A stretch of DNA of 64,000 bases. Source: Heptranchias perlo (lineage: Eukaryota). This document shows, one piece after another, positions 1 through 13,004 of this stretch. The notes beneath the pieces were generated by a model. It had not been told where the DNA came from and ran no database searches. It saw only the letters and a list, made by a program, of their open reading frames with translations. The translations under genes and the position numbers were made by a program. The DNA is taken from NCBI RefSeq assembly GCF_035084215.1, contig NC_090358.1:11532001-11596000 (forward strand), given 5' to 3'. Within the stretch, counting starts at the first letter, position 1; each line of letters opens with the position of its first letter.

Positions 1-151
1 CTTTACTACCACCTGAGAGGGCAGACGGGGCCTCAGTTTAATGTCTCCTCGGAAAGATGGCACCTCCAACCATGCAGCACTCCCTCAGTACTGCACTGGA
101 GTCTCAGCTTAGATTTTATTCTCCGGTTTCTAGAGTGGGACTTGCACCCAC

Positions 152-182
<31 letters not shown>

Positions 183-190
183 ACTGACAT
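1..190 (-). mobile_element. tRNA-headed DeuSINE (SacSINE1-like), 5' part, runs off the window edge
   Basis: Reverse complement of the head and body of the full copy at 26319-26770 (tcagtggtagcactcttgcctctgagtcagaaggttgtggg...agtcccactc). Confidence 0.8.
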
Positions 191-313
191 ACAGTTGTAA
201 TTGGTTTGCAAAGGGAGAGGTTGTGGCTTTTAGACTCTGTATAAAGATAAAACTCTAATGAATATTTTCTAATTTCACATTTCACTGAACATAAAACCCA
301 CGGATAACATCAG

Positions 314-439
314 CAAAGACTCAAGTGTTAGCAGAATTTGAAGAAACCCAGGATAGGGCCGACAGCGATGGGAGTCAGAACAAAACGCAAGAGGAAGAAA
401 CTACCACAATGAAACAAACATCTAATCTGATAGAGGACC
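314..439 (+). CDS. SLC51B: SLC51B (OST-beta) internal coding exon, acidic/Thr-rich extracellular stalk; acceptor may instead be at 335
   Basis: Open frame ...AEFEETQDRADSDGSQNKTQEEETTTMKQTSNLIED, donor C|GTACGT at 439/440. Its phase-1 end joins the next exon to give IEDPTKWNYS (human OST-beta RVEDASPWNHS). Confidence 0.65.
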
Positions 440-1242
440 GTACGTGTTGTACTTGATTTTTCTTTATTTTTGTATATCATTTGATTAAAAAGCGTAGGAT
501 TGTGTGGACAGACCTTGTACATTACAAGCTGATGAACGATGTAATATTGTTAATGTTTGGTGGCTCAGACTTCAAGGTCACTTGAAAAATTAAAGGAGGA
601 ATATTCCTGATCAGATCTACAATTTCTAAAACCGAGAAGTTAAGGTCTGCAATAGTTAACTGGTCTGAGAATGGCACCAGCTGAGAGCGTCTCAGGGCCG
701 GCAGATCTAAGTTATACCGCTGGCTTCATGTCACTTCTCTGCCCAGTGCAAATGGATCTCTGCACACAAGTGCTTGGAGACAAGCACAGAATTCCACTCA
801 GAGGCATCTAACGTTGGTTAAACTTTAATGTCAGCCAACCTTCCCTGCTAACACTAGAGAGATTTAAAATGAAGGGTTCATTTGCCCCTCCTTTTCTCAC
901 AAATTTACTCCCATCTCTCTTCCTCTCCTGAAGGAGTCAACTCCATAATGGAGAATGGTTCCATGCACAGCGGTCACCCTGTGGTATAACTGATCTATAA
1001 AGAATAGTTAATTGGCATGTCCAGTCACTCCAAGTTCAAAGTATTCACCAATTCCCCTCCCCCCCTTGTCTCCCATCTCCAGGTTAAATATTTAACCAAT
1101 ATTTATTGATAAAAAGATTATCTTGCAGTGAACGGGTTTTCTGCAGCAGCTGTGGAACATCCTTTCATGAGAGTGGATGTGATTTGCTGGTCTGCCGGGG
1201 GCATCATTAGTGAGCGTGTCCATCAGGCTAATTGGAGATTGC

Positions 1243-1400
1243 TAAAATACAATGGGCAGGAAATACACAGCAGGTTAGTTAACATCTGCAAGAGGAAAGC
1301 AGGGTTAACTTTTCAAGTGGAGACCCCCTCATCAGAATCGTTAACCTGTCTCTTCTCTTTAAAAATGGCTTTATATTTCCAGCATTTCCTTTCCTTTTAA
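1243..1400. mobile_element. Collapsed inverted-repeat element, probably Penelope-derived, with hammerhead-like core
   Basis: Arms ggaaatacacagcagg...agggttaac and gttaacctg...tatttccagcattt; minus strand reads CTGATGA-gggggtctccactt-GAAA. Confidence 0.5.
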
Positions 1401-1887
1401 ACTTCAGATTCCAGTTTTTCTTGTCACCCCTGGCCAAAAATCGATTGTGCTCTGGATGCTGATCTCGAGTTGTTGTTCAGTTCTTTAAGTAGGCCCAATG
1501 AGGTTTCCTTGATGGATAATCAATGCTACTTTATAAAGTGAATCTTGGCTCCAGATCAGGGATAATTACTGCAGAATTCTCCAGTCTGCCTGCTATTTAC
1601 TGATGATATTCTTAGCTGACACATGCATATTTGTGTGAAATGTCAATTCATTGGAAGCTGAGCTGTTTGACACAAAATTATTCTACAATTGCAAATGTTA
1701 GTTAAAGTCATAAGCTATGAGAGACAAGAGAAATGAGGGGTAATATGTTAAAAGTTAGGAGTAAGAGGCGTCAATCAGGATGGCTTTAATCATGGAATGA
1801 GTTACCAAAGAAGGCCGTGGAAACAAAAAATATAAATGAGGCATCTGTGAGAGCATCTCATGAGAGAAGGGATTGTGGGAATTTAAA

Positions 1888-2258
1888 AAAATTAATTCTG
1901 GGGATTTGGGTGTCGTGGGCAAGGGCAGTATTTATTGTCAATCTCTATTTTCCCTGAGAAGGCAATGGTGGGCCTGTTTGCTAGGCCACTTCAGAGGGCA
2001 GTTAAGAGTCAACCACATTGGTGTGGGACTGGAGTCACGTATAGGCCACACTGGGTAAGGACGGCAGGTTTCCTTCCCATTAATGAACCAGTTGGGTTTT
2101 TACAACAATCTGACCGCTTCATGGTCACTTTTACTGATACCAGATTTTTATTTCCAGATTTTATTTTGAAAATTAATTTAAGTCCACAAACTGCTATGGT
2201 GGGATTTGAATTTACATCCTCTAGATTATTAGTCCAGTAACATAATCGCTACACTACT
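1888..2258 (-). mobile_element. Bipartite tRNA-headed SINE sharing its 5' region and 3' tail with the LINE at 42538-45862
   Basis: Matches 45540-45860 (ctaggccacttcagagggcagttaagagtcaaccacattg...ttccttccc) joined directly to the LINE tail (catttattg...ccctgagaagg). Confidence 0.8.
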
Positions 2259-2451
2259 GCAGATAGTAGATGGGACTCAATCAAAAAAACGGAGGTTTGT
2301 TGGGCCATGTATCCTTTTGTGCTCCTCAAACCTCTTATTTTCTTGCTTTCAAACACTTCCACTGCTGGCTGTTGTAGATATTACTGTGAATGTGGGGCTG
2401 CCGTGCATGGGTCTCAGCAAATCCTATTTATAGGATTTCAGGGTTCTGATA

Positions 2452-2960
2452 ATGCTAGAAATGCACATGAAGGTTCAGCAGCATCTGACAGAGAGAGGAC
2501 AGGTTAATGTTTTGAGTGTAGTACCCTCATCAGAACTAAAACCTGGAAGGTAAGTTAGTCTCTCAATAGAATGAACAAGATGGAGGGGGAGTGGGTGGAA
2601 AGATGGAATAGAACAGAAAAGGCTTTGTTGTTGCTTCTTTCCCATGTATTGTTTCCACTTTACTTGGCTGTTTTCATGCCCCTTTTTTCCTTTAATGCCT
2701 GTGTATCATCCATTGGTTTTCACTTCTTTCAAATTTAACAAAAAACCTGTTTGTAGCCATTCCGACTGTTTCTCTGTGGCCGAACTAACCTTTGACTTCC
2801 ATCTGCTCTCTTTCTTCTCTTCTTCATTTTGTTCAGTCCTATTAAGGAGCTCTCTTACCTTCCAGCTCTGATGAAAGGTCTGCACCCAATGTGTTAACCT
2901 ATTTTTCTCTTTTCAGATGCTGGCAGACCTACATAATATTTCCAGCATTTGCACTTTTCT
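2452..2960. mobile_element. Inverted-repeat non-autonomous element, probably Penelope-derived
   Basis: 2452-2537 (tgctagaaat...gcagcatctgacagagagaggacaggttaa...ctcatcagaact) is inverted at 2864-2950 (agctctgatgaaagg...gttaacct...cagatgctg...atttccagcattt). Confidence 0.55.
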
Positions 2961-3447
2961 TCTTTTTATTTGTACTTTCAAGATTCTGGTGTGGTTTATG
3001 GTACAGTATTCATCAACAGCATTTTAAAGGATTTTGTGATAGTGCAGTGTCTTGGAAATGCACCACAAAATGCTTTGGGGTCGAGAGGCACCAACTGGTG
3101 CACCACAATTTCCACCTGATGATATCCTGATGTCAGTGGATTGTGGAGAATGCAGGCCAGGCGTTTTCTCATAAATGAGGAAAGGAAAATTTGAGGGATG
3201 GCCACCGTGGGCGGTTCTTCAGGAACGTCAGTGGCCTGTTACTGAGCAGAATTGACAGTGCTTGACCATATGGTCATCCCTCAGCCAAGGCATTGTACTA
3301 AAGACCTACTAAAGCTAGACATTTCTGCTGGTCAGACTTTAGAGATTTCTTTGTCTCCAGGTACCACATGCAACAAACAGTGATTCCATTGAGCAGATTA
3401 CCAGCTATGCTTGTATAATTTGATTGAAATTCCTCTATCTCTTACAG

Positions 3448-3538
3448 CCACTAAATGGAACTATTCTATATTAGTGCTTGCATTCGTGGCACTGTTCCTG
3501 GGATTCCTCATTCTGGCATTAAGCTCTAGGGCAAACAA
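3448..3538 (+). CDS. SLC51B: SLC51B transmembrane exon
   Basis: cttacag| acceptor, |gtaagt donor; encodes PTKWNYSILVLAFVALFLGFLILALSSRANK, i.e. the OST-beta WN(H/Y)SIL motif plus a single TM helix. Confidence 0.9.
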
Positions 3539-4269
3539 GTAAGTCAGACTTTGCAGTTTTCTTCCTAATGTATTGAGTGACATTTTGTAAAACTTTCCAC
3601 ACATTTCTGATTTCTACAGTAAAATATATTTGTAGTTGAAAGATGTTCATTCTGAAGGGTGCATATTGCAAATAATAATCTTTTAGGCCGCGATACTCAA
3701 GCTCAACGTCACGAGGTTCTATTAAGCAGGTTCACCAGTAAATTGTCCTGTTTATTCATTGCTTTTCTCTTCCCCCATCTGTATAAAAATGTTGATATCA
3801 AAATCTAGACATAAATCACTAAGAGGAAGTTAAAAAGCATAAACAAAAGATACAACATTTTTAACAGATTTTTAAGGACACAGAGAAGGAGCGAGATTAG
3901 AAAATGCATTAAACCAAAACAATAGATGCTAAAAAGGATGTCGGAGATGAAAAGAAAAACATTGTTGATTGTAAATTGTAATATTAGGATGTTACAGTAA
4001 AAGATTAGTTGATGCGTTCATAGTAGGCAAATATTTCTTTAAAAGTTGAGTGATGCTGTGGCATTATCATGTAGCAGGTTTGGACACCGATTAAAACCTG
4101 CTGTGCTCAGCTGCTGATCTGACTTGCATTAGGTGGGGCTGTGGCATCTCCCTGCAATGGGAGACACTCCCCCACCCACTAAATGAGGCTGAATCAGACT
4201 GTTTACAATGCCAGCATTCTATTCGACTCGAAGCTGGGCTTCCAACCCATATATTCCCCGTCACAAAGA

Positions 4270-4922
4270 ATGCTTACTTCCACCTCTGTAATAACGCCTA
4301 CTTTCACCCCTGCCTCAGCCCACCTGCCACTGAAACTCTCATCCATGCCTTTATCACATCCAGACTCGACTATTCCAACGCTCTGCTGGCTGGCATCCTA
4401 TCCTCCATAAGCTTCAGCTCACCCAAGACTCTGCTCCTGGTGTCCGTTTCCACACCAGCTCCCACTCACCCATCACCCTGTCCTTGTTCACCTATGTTGG
4501 CTTCCAGTATCCCAAGGCCTCCAATTTAAAATTCTCATCCTTATGTTTAAATCACTTCATAACCTTGGCCCTCCCTATCTCTGTCACTCTTCCAGCCCTA
4601 CAGTGCCCCCCAACTTCTCCGCTCCTCTGACTCTGACCTCGTGTGTATCCTTCCCTTCCTTCACCCCACCATTTCCAATGGTGCCTTCAGCCATCTAGGT
4701 CCCACGCTCTGGAATTCCTTCCCTACACCCCTCTGTCTCTCCACTTCTCTCTCCTCCTTTAAGACTCTCCTTAAAACCCATCTCTTTGACCAAGCCTTTG
4801 GTCACCCCTCCTAATATGTCCTTTGTCTCGGAGTCCATTTTTGTCTGATTGCGCCTCCGTGAAGCTCCTTGGGATGTTTTTCCAAGTTTAACAGGTTATA
4901 TAAATGCAATTTGTTGCTGTTG
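4270..4922 (+). mobile_element. L2-clade LINE 3' fragment
   Basis: Degenerate ETLIHAFITSRLDYSNALLAG, FKILIL and WNS motifs; L2 tail tatataaatgcaa followed by (ttg)n-like repeats. Confidence 0.8.
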
Positions 4923-5044
4923 GAAAGAAGGGGTAAGGATGGCAGTTACAGGAAGTAGACAATGTATCCTCAAAGGACTCACAAAAGAGGGACAAAAGTG
5001 GCCATATGTTCTAACTATGAGTAATAAGCGAAATAATTTAAATT

Positions 5045-5410
5045 GATTCTTATTGAAAGAAGTGAATGATATGTCCTGTCCATTATATCCTGTAACGGAC
5101 TCTTTCAGGAGTCCAAGTTTTTCATGTTCACTGCCCTCTCTGGAAGACCAGCCCAAGTGATCATCACTCTTTGTGTGAAGAAGTTCTTTCTGATATCTGT
5201 CCCAAACTTTCCTTTCACCAGCTTGATCTATGCCCCTTGATCTAGTATTCTGGCATAACTTGAAGTGGTGCTCCAGATTAACCTTATCCATATAATTTAC
5301 CATTTTGTATACCACTATAAGGTGCCTTCTCAGTCACCTTCTGTCAAGGCTAAAGAGCCCCAGCTTCTTCTGACATATTTTGTAACTCAATCGTTTGATG
5401 TGAGGGAGCA
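5045..5410 (-). mobile_element. Old CR1 LINE 3' fragment
   Basis: VYKMVNYMDKVNLEHHFKLCQNTRSRG resembles the CR1 ORF2 C-terminus. Confidence 0.6.
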
Positions 5411-5577
5411 GCGTCGTGTAAAAGGAAACCAGAAAGTTATATGATTCAGTTGGCAATACAGAGATGAAAACTGTTCACATTGGACCCAAAGAGAATAAGC
5501 TTGAAGGGCTTTTCTCATTCATGTTTTATACACTTGGCCAATACCCACCAGTCTCTTTTATCCCTTTGCTATTATAG

Positions 5578-5848
5578 GAAGCGAAAGATCAAGGCACTGA
5601 ATGAAGCAGAGGACAAGAATGCAACAGAGAAAGCGTCAATAAAGAAGGCAATGATGCAGTATGCAGCTGAAGCTGACAACTCTGCAGAGACAGACCAGAT
5701 GTTACAGACCAACCAGGCTTACATTTCCATGAACTCGGTACCGAGTTCTTCTCCAAAAATCTCACCCAAACCTGGAGAGATCATGATCGAGTGGAAGGAT
5801 GGAAATATAAGTACCCTTTTCATGGATGTAAAGGAAGATGATCTGTAA
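5578..5848 (+). CDS. SLC51B: SLC51B last coding exon (cytoplasmic tail)
   Basis: ttatag| acceptor, phase 2 matching the previous donor; KRKIKALNE...PKPGEIMIEWKDGNISTLFMDVKEDDL*, with a basic stop-transfer cluster after the TM. Confidence 0.85.
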
Positions 5849-5929
5849 CACCCCAAGTTACAGGACAGAGCTCAATGTAAAGGATTTCTTTTTAAGATAA
5901 AAAAAAATGATTTTTGTAAAATAGTTTTA

Positions 5930-6808
5930 GTAGATAAAAGGACAAATGGACAGCAAGCTGGCTACAGAACAGAAAATAGAGAGTAGGAGTTAAGGGTAGC
6001 TACTCAGACTGGCACAAGGTGGGAAGTGGTGTTCCACAGGGATCGGTGCTGGGACCACTGTTGTTCATAATTTACATAAGCAATTTGGACTTAAGAATCG
6101 GAAGTACAATTTAAAAATTTTGCGGACAACACCAACTTGGGGGTTATTGTTAATACTGAGGAGGACTACAACAAAATACAAGGATATTAATAAACTTGCA
6201 GAATGGGCGTAATTGGCAATTGAATTTCAATATAGATAAGTGTGAGATGTTACATTTTAGTAGGAAAAATAAGGAGGCCACATACTGCTTGGATAATAAG
6301 TCTAAATGAGATGGAGGAGCAAAGGGATCTAGGAGTACAGATACACAAATCACTAAAAGTATCAGGTTAATAAGTCCATTTTAAAAAAAGCAAACAAAGC
6401 ACTAGGATTCATTTCTAGAGGGATAGAATTGAAAAGCAGATAAGTTATGTTAAACTTGTATCGAACCTTGGGTTAGACCACACTTTAAAATTATGAAGGA
6501 GTTTGATAGGGTAGATGTGGAGAAGAAGTTTCCACTTGTGGGGGAGACCAGAACCAGGGGCCGTAAATATTAGATAGTCACCAATAAATCCAATAGGGAA
6601 TTCAGGAGAAACTTCTTTACCCAAAGAGTGGTAAGAATGTGGAACTTGCTACCACAAGGAGTAGTTGAGGGGAATAAGCACATGAGGGAGGAGGGAATAG
6701 ATGGATATTTGATAGGATTAGATGAAAGGAGGCTCGTGTGGAGCCTAAACGCCGGCATAAGCCATTTGGTCCAAATGACCTGTTTCTGCGCTGTAAATTC
6801 TATGTAGT
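5930..6808 (+). mobile_element. CR1 LINE 3' fragment, degenerate
   Basis: [43 protein letters not shown]; tail ttctatgt. Confidence 0.9.
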
Positions 6809-7165
6809 AAATCTAGACATGTTTCAAATGGAGAAAATTAACCCATTTGTGCTGACTTGTTGCATATAGAGAAGGGAGATTATCCCTTTTGCCCTAAGTG
6901 GTTTATTTTTATAGTTTCAAAAACATCGGCAATATTACATCTGTTTAAACAATCTGTAGCATTTACAAGACTCTTTCCTGGTTTGTAACCAGCCTGCATT
7001 GACAGCATACATCTAGTCTACCTGTGCCGTACCATCAGGCCTGGGCTGTGGCTTCCTTGTAACTGGCTCCATTAATAGGTTGTTCCCAGGTTAGCTGTGC
7101 CTGGGCTATGTTAACGAGCATGCCTGCTGCAGCCTGCTTGCCTCTGCATGGCCAACACTGATATT

Positions 7166-7916
7166 GGGCCGGATCTTGCTGGAAAAATAACGGTGTGTTA
7201 ACGACACACGCTGATATTAATGTGCAGATCAGCCAGCAAGTTGGATGGATTAAGACATTTGCCGTGAGTTGATCATCTCCAGAACTTGCTGGTCGATTTA
7301 TGCTCCGACGTTTGCTTCGCACAAGCTGCATCTCGGCCTTAGCCTCCCTGTTAATTTTAAGAACTTGCTGGATTTGCACATTTATTGCCCATCAAACATG
7401 CCGCAGAAAGTAAAGTCTGGTAATTAAGAGCGTAAGTACCTTTTTAACGACATAATAATTGTTAATGCAATGCCAATCAACCTCTCTGGCCCAGAATGGG
7501 GACAATCTAAACTGATCAATCTCAATCCTGCATGTTAGAGATTTTTAAAATGTCCAATTTTTAATTTTTAAATTAATTTTCTTACTTTTCCTTTCTGCCT
7601 CTTTTTTCTCTTTCTTTTAATCCAGTCTTTCTTTCCCTCTTTTTATTTCTGTTTCTCTACCTGATTTGACTCTAATTCACCCTCCTTCTCAATCGTTCCT
7701 CTGTTTCTTTCTCAATCCTTAAAGCTCATTGGTTAAGGACATACACTGTTGGTCTCACCGTTCACTAAGGTCCCCGATGCCCCCGTTGCCTTTGCCATGC
7801 CGTTATCAGCTCGTACTTCCAGCAAGTTACAGCACAAATAGTTTTTGAGCTGACAGGTGCAGAAAAAAGTCTAACAGCGCATGCCGCGGGATGCCCACTC
7901 CAGCAAGATCCAGTCC
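7166..7916. mobile_element. Non-autonomous TIR element (PIF/Harbinger-type MITE)
   Basis: TIRs gggccggatcttgctgg and ccagcaagatccagtcc, flanked by 3-bp TSD ATT; related copy at 58096-58863. Confidence 0.75.
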
Positions 7917-8959
7917 ATTAGATTTTCTCACTTGTAAATGATTGTTGGATAGTGTAAAGATGCATATAGAATGGATTTATTGCATTAATGTTAGAACATT
8001 ATCCAACAACATAAATAACTTTAGTTAATGGAAAAGGAAAATCTGGAAGGAGAAGTTTTAGCACAAAATATTCCCTGTCTCCCCAGATTCAAAAATATTA
8101 AAGGTGTGGGGTATATGTTGTGCTGTGCATAAAGTTTAAGATTTTTTTTTGGTAACTAGTGTCAGATTAGTAAAAAAAATTTCTATAACTTTACTATTAT
8201 GTTCCTATGTTCGGAAATTACGTCAATTTAATTACGTTTTTCACCCTGCCTCGGAAACTTGCTATTTTCAGTCTTTGCATGGATCCTGTGTCGCTCCAGT
8301 GATGTGCTTTATGGGGCAGCCTATGAATATCCCAAAGAAGCTCCATTTATGTTTGTGGCAATTGACCCTATAGACCAGCCTTCAGGCCAGTCTGGAAGCA
8401 CCTATGCCAAAGTGTTCTAATATTAGCTAGGTACAGCTGTGTACTCAGTGTTTATTAATAGTTTCCAGCTCAGCCTCCAGGCTGGTCTCACAGGAATTGG
8501 CTCGGAAATAAGAGGTCTCACTCTTGGATGCATCTGAAATGGCAGGCCCCTTATGTGAAAGATATCCAATTGAATTAACAATATCATAACAGGTAACAGA
8601 TACCATTTTAAAGCAACTTAAAAAAGGGAGGAATACTTTATATCCTCCTGCAGCTTTTCCTTCTTTGAATTTGTTATTTATTTAGCAAACTTCCTGCATG
8701 ATTTTATGTTTGCGATATAAAAAAGTACCATTTTTAATTTAAATAAACTTCAGTCAACAAATTTAGTTGAATGGAACAACATGGAGCTAGTTGTGCTTTT
8801 GTTTGAACTATGAAGGACCAGCAGGTCCAGGAAGAGAATATTTGGTTACTTCTGAGTTCCAATTAGATACATAACACATTAAAGCATTCTGGAATTTACT
8901 GGAGCCATTGTGTGTGGAAATTACAGGCTTTATACTATTGCCTTCAAAAACAGTATCAT

Positions 8960-9350
8960 CCCGTGACCAAAGTTGAGGAGAGTGATGCCATTCAAAACCG
9001 TCTGCAAGTAGATGGACTAAGAAGTGGCAGATGCCACTTAATGTGGAAAAATGTACAGTTGCACATTGGTGCAAGGCCATGATATATGCATGCAGTGAAT
9101 TGGTCTGGTTTTGAAATAGGCCAGTCAATTGTGGGATTTGTTTGATAGACAGGAGCCTTCGCTTATAGAGAGAACTGTGCCAACATTTGTCCTAAACAAC
9201 TGGCTCCGTTGATTAAATGGATATGATGAGGTATTTTGTGCAGAGGCAGTGGACATGATTTAAAAACTAAAGCAGTCGCAAGGTCAGTTGTTGCTCAATT
9301 CTTCAGCACTAAGGGGGCCCTTATCTGCAGGTTTAGCATTGCTGCAAAGC
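8960..9350 (+). mobile_element. Highly decayed CR1 RT fragment
   Basis: WTKKWQMPLNVEKCTVAHIG-like motif at about 9010-9070. Confidence 0.45.
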
Positions 9351-9605
9351 CGTTTCTGCTTTGTACCAACACTAAAATTACAGAATAAATATAGAGTCAG
9401 GATCAAGGTCCAATTCCACTCCAAAGAGAAATGGTGTGAGACTCCCTGTAAGGGGGACAACACTTTGGTTTGACACTGGATGGAGCATTACTCCAATGTT
9501 TGTGTCAAACCAGGTTTAAAAAATGTCCCTTAGACATCCCAGGAGCTTTTTAATCTATCTGGAGTTATGATTAGACACTGCCACCCATGCGTTCAAAACA
9601 TTTCA

Positions 9606-10225
9606 GGGCCAGAATTCTAGGAGTCCCTCTCCGCTAGTGGAAGTGTGGCAGAGCAGAACCCCCACCTGCACAGGAAGCAGACATCAAATGCCATCCCAAA
9701 TCCCAGGGTTGGGCTCATTTAAATAATGATAGCGGACCACCCGTTCCTGTGAGCGCACTTCAGCAGCACCCTCGCCAGTCCGCTGGTTTATGTCGGAGCG
9801 TCACACAGGGAACTCCGAGCCCCATCCCAGGCTGAAGGCAACGTGACTGTAGTTTAGTAGTTAGCTCCAAAGGGATCAATTTGCTGACATTTTAAAAGTA
9901 ATCAATCCTCTCTGGGATCAACTAACTTTCTCTCGGGACCTGCTGGGGCCTTTCCAAGGTACTCAATGGAACTCAGGTTAGTTCTCAGCTGGTGGGAGTT
10001 TGTTGAAACCTTATAAGAGGGTAAAGGCGGAATTCCTGGGCTAGCCCAGAATTCCCACAGGCATGCCCCCTTGATGTAAGGGGTGGGCAGAAAACTTGCC
10101 CTCTTCCTCCACCCACTGGAATTTAAGGCAGAATCCCATCAGAACTGCGTTCTACCCCAAATTCCTGGTCCTTCCAGGTGGTGGACTCCTTTTCCACCCT
10201 CCCCCAATCCAGGAATTTTGGGGCC
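9606..10225. mobile_element. Possible old TIR element (MITE)
   Basis: gggccagaattctagg versus ccaggaattttggggcc; no clean TSD. Confidence 0.35.
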
Positions 10226-10871
10226 TTGAACTTAACCACTGGGAGAGAGCTCTGTGCGTGCATGTAACCATGCGTGAACTCCTGCACAGGAGCAATGCAC
10301 TTCCTGCTAAGCAGTATAAAATGGGATACTGCTTGGCTGGAACCAGGACTGCAGGACTCAGACCTGTCACTGCAGTGAGAGTGCAGCAGTAATATTGTTA
10401 ATTTATGAAATAGGCTGCCATCTAGTGCAGCAAACGCAAACTCCAAGCATTTAGAAAGGAAATGGACCAATTGCTGATGTAACAGGAAGTATAGGGGTGT
10501 TCATAAGGCACAAGGAGAAGAGAACTGAAAACTGGTCAGGACAGGTCCTGCAAGAGGATCTAAATGATGTGGGGGTGGTCTGAACAGTCTTTATTCATTC
10601 TCCTGTTCCCAGATCATGTTCCAATGACGGTTATAAATCAATAACTCCATTTATGTTAATTAGACTGATCGTTCCCCACCCCACCCCATTTTCTCCCCTG
10701 ATGCCTTATCTTGTCCTCACCCAATGTCCAGACATATGCAGTTTCCATCAACGGTCACTGGCTAGCAATCAGGAGTGGGAGTTTAAGCTGGTGTTCTCTT
10801 TTCCAAGCCTGGCACAGTGAAACCAGTTTTAGCTTCCCCAGTACTGCCGTCATTGAGACCTCCTGAGACAT

Positions 10872-11022
10872 GGAAACATAGAAAATAGGAGCAAGAGTAG
10901 GCCATTCGGCCCTACGGACCTAGTCCGCCATTCAAAATGATCATGGCTGATCGTTTAACTCAGTACCCTGTTCCCGCTTTTTCCCCATATCCCTTGATCC
11001 CTTTAGCATTAAGAAATATATT
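10872..11022 (-). mobile_element. CR1 3' end fragment
   Basis: gaaacatagaaaataggagcaagagtaggccattcggccc...gatcatggctgatc, same family as 62620-63000. Confidence 0.75.
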
Positions 11023-13004
11023 AAACTTGGGGCCTTCACCCACCGGGGAGCTTCAGACAGAAATGTGCATAGATAAGTAAATTAGGAGCACTAATCATTT
11101 TGAAAAAGGGAGAAATAAATAGATATCTATTTGATCTGATTCACTGAGCTCATAGAACTTAAGGGTACATTTTGTATGTTGCTTCTGGGATTTGAACTAC
11201 AGTCTGTGGTGATACACACCAATACTGCATTTCAGTATTTGACAAGACACTACACCTTGGACTGATAGAATGCGGGTTTGTATTTGGGGATCTCTGATAT
11301 GCCGGCACTGGTGTTTATAGTTTCTAGTCATTATTTGGGATCTCTGATATACCGGTATTTTCTCACATGGAATGTGAGTAATACTAATTTCCTGTTGTTC
11401 ACCTAACACCAAAAGAATGATCTGGGAAGAGACCTGGCAGTAAGTCACTTACCTGCTCTCTTGGCTGAGGAAAGGTGCACAGTTCAGGAGCTACTCAAAA
11501 GGGGCAAGATAAATATATATGGGAGAATTTTTTTTAAAAATAGTAAAATTATTTTGGATGCTTATTAATCCAACATTATTGTCAAGTGCTAAGTCACAAA
11601 TTAGCTTCTGTTTTTGTCCCCTATAATCCAGTGAATGATTAGAGATAATTTTGGAAAGTTCGTTATCCTTTCTTGCAAACAATATACTGTAAATAAAAAA
11701 CATGATTTAAGAAATGATGGTGCCTTTTCATTTCACTGATGAGACTTGAATAACAGACATCTGGTGTTATGCACAAAATAATGTAACAATACTGGGAACT
11801 GGTTAATGGTGATTACATTACAATATGTATTTATTGGTTAATTTTTGAGCTTGTCTGGTAATAGGTATCAGGAACACTTTACTTATTTGGACCCTCAAAG
11901 TCAACATTAATTACTCGCAGCCTAATAAAGTACGGCCAGATGCTGAGTAAAGCTGTCTAACCCCAAATTTAGTACAGTACATCCCAATGCACCAGTCTGA
12001 ACATTTCTAGTCTTCACACTGGCCATCCTCATGACCTCGGAGTGAGATTGTTAATTTAGTAATAATTCATGTCAAATTATGGGCTGTGTTGTTTTGTAAA
12101 CTCATACCCAATGTGAAACTGGGCTGTGATTGTCCAAATTCACTTTGTTTGGCAGCACACATAGGTGCCAGCAAGGAAAAGAAAGAAAGGGAGATGGTCA
12201 TCTCCTCAACCTGAGCTGGATTCAAACCTGTAAAGAAGAAAGGACAGTGTCCTTAATTGCAGACTTCCCATTGTTGATGACGAATACTTAATTCTATTAT
12301 CTGCAACAAACATAAAAGTACATCTTAAAACCAGACAGATAAAAGATTACAGATATCATTACATGTGTAAGTTTATTGAGCTTCTGTGAATTCCTCTTCG
12401 TTATCAAAGAAGTAAAATCTAATGTACTTTTGTGAACACTTCTTAATTGGATAATTGAAACATAAACACCATTTTCAATGCTGGTTCTATCTTGGTTCTT
12501 GAAAACTTGTTCTAGATTCCTTTTTACCAGAGTGCCACCTTTACCGCTGAAATGTGCTGGAAAGGTGTGTTTGACTTCCCATTAGTCCCATTGTCATCTT
12601 AAGGCTATTGAGGAACATGATGAATGTGGTTCTTCAGGTTACTGGTCGGATACATCACCTTTTCCTTCCTTGGCTGAATTCCCGCAGCAGATACTGCGAC
12701 AAATGTTCTTCCCTCCAATAATTTTTCCCAAAAGAAGGCTTCAGCTGGCAATTGACAAAGGTAGATACAGGTGGCCATTTGCAGTGCCTGTTGGTCCATT
12801 TACTCAATCCACAATCCACACAGTCTTACCAAAGATCACACCAATACCAGATGAAGTTCTTGGTGTTCAGTTAATTTGGTTGATATCATTAAATTTTGTG
12901 ACAGTTTTAGTTCCATAGTCACTAAAGATAGAACAGAATTTTTGACCTACGTGGATAAGAGAAGGTTACATTGAGCTTTGGTATTCAGAGTGGTGATTAA
13001 TATT

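Noticed and set aside
1128-1275. Extra SLC51B exon (ttgcag|...cag|gttagt)
   Set aside because: The apparent donor lies inside a repeat arm, the peptide has no OST-beta similarity, and 439/3448 already joins in frame
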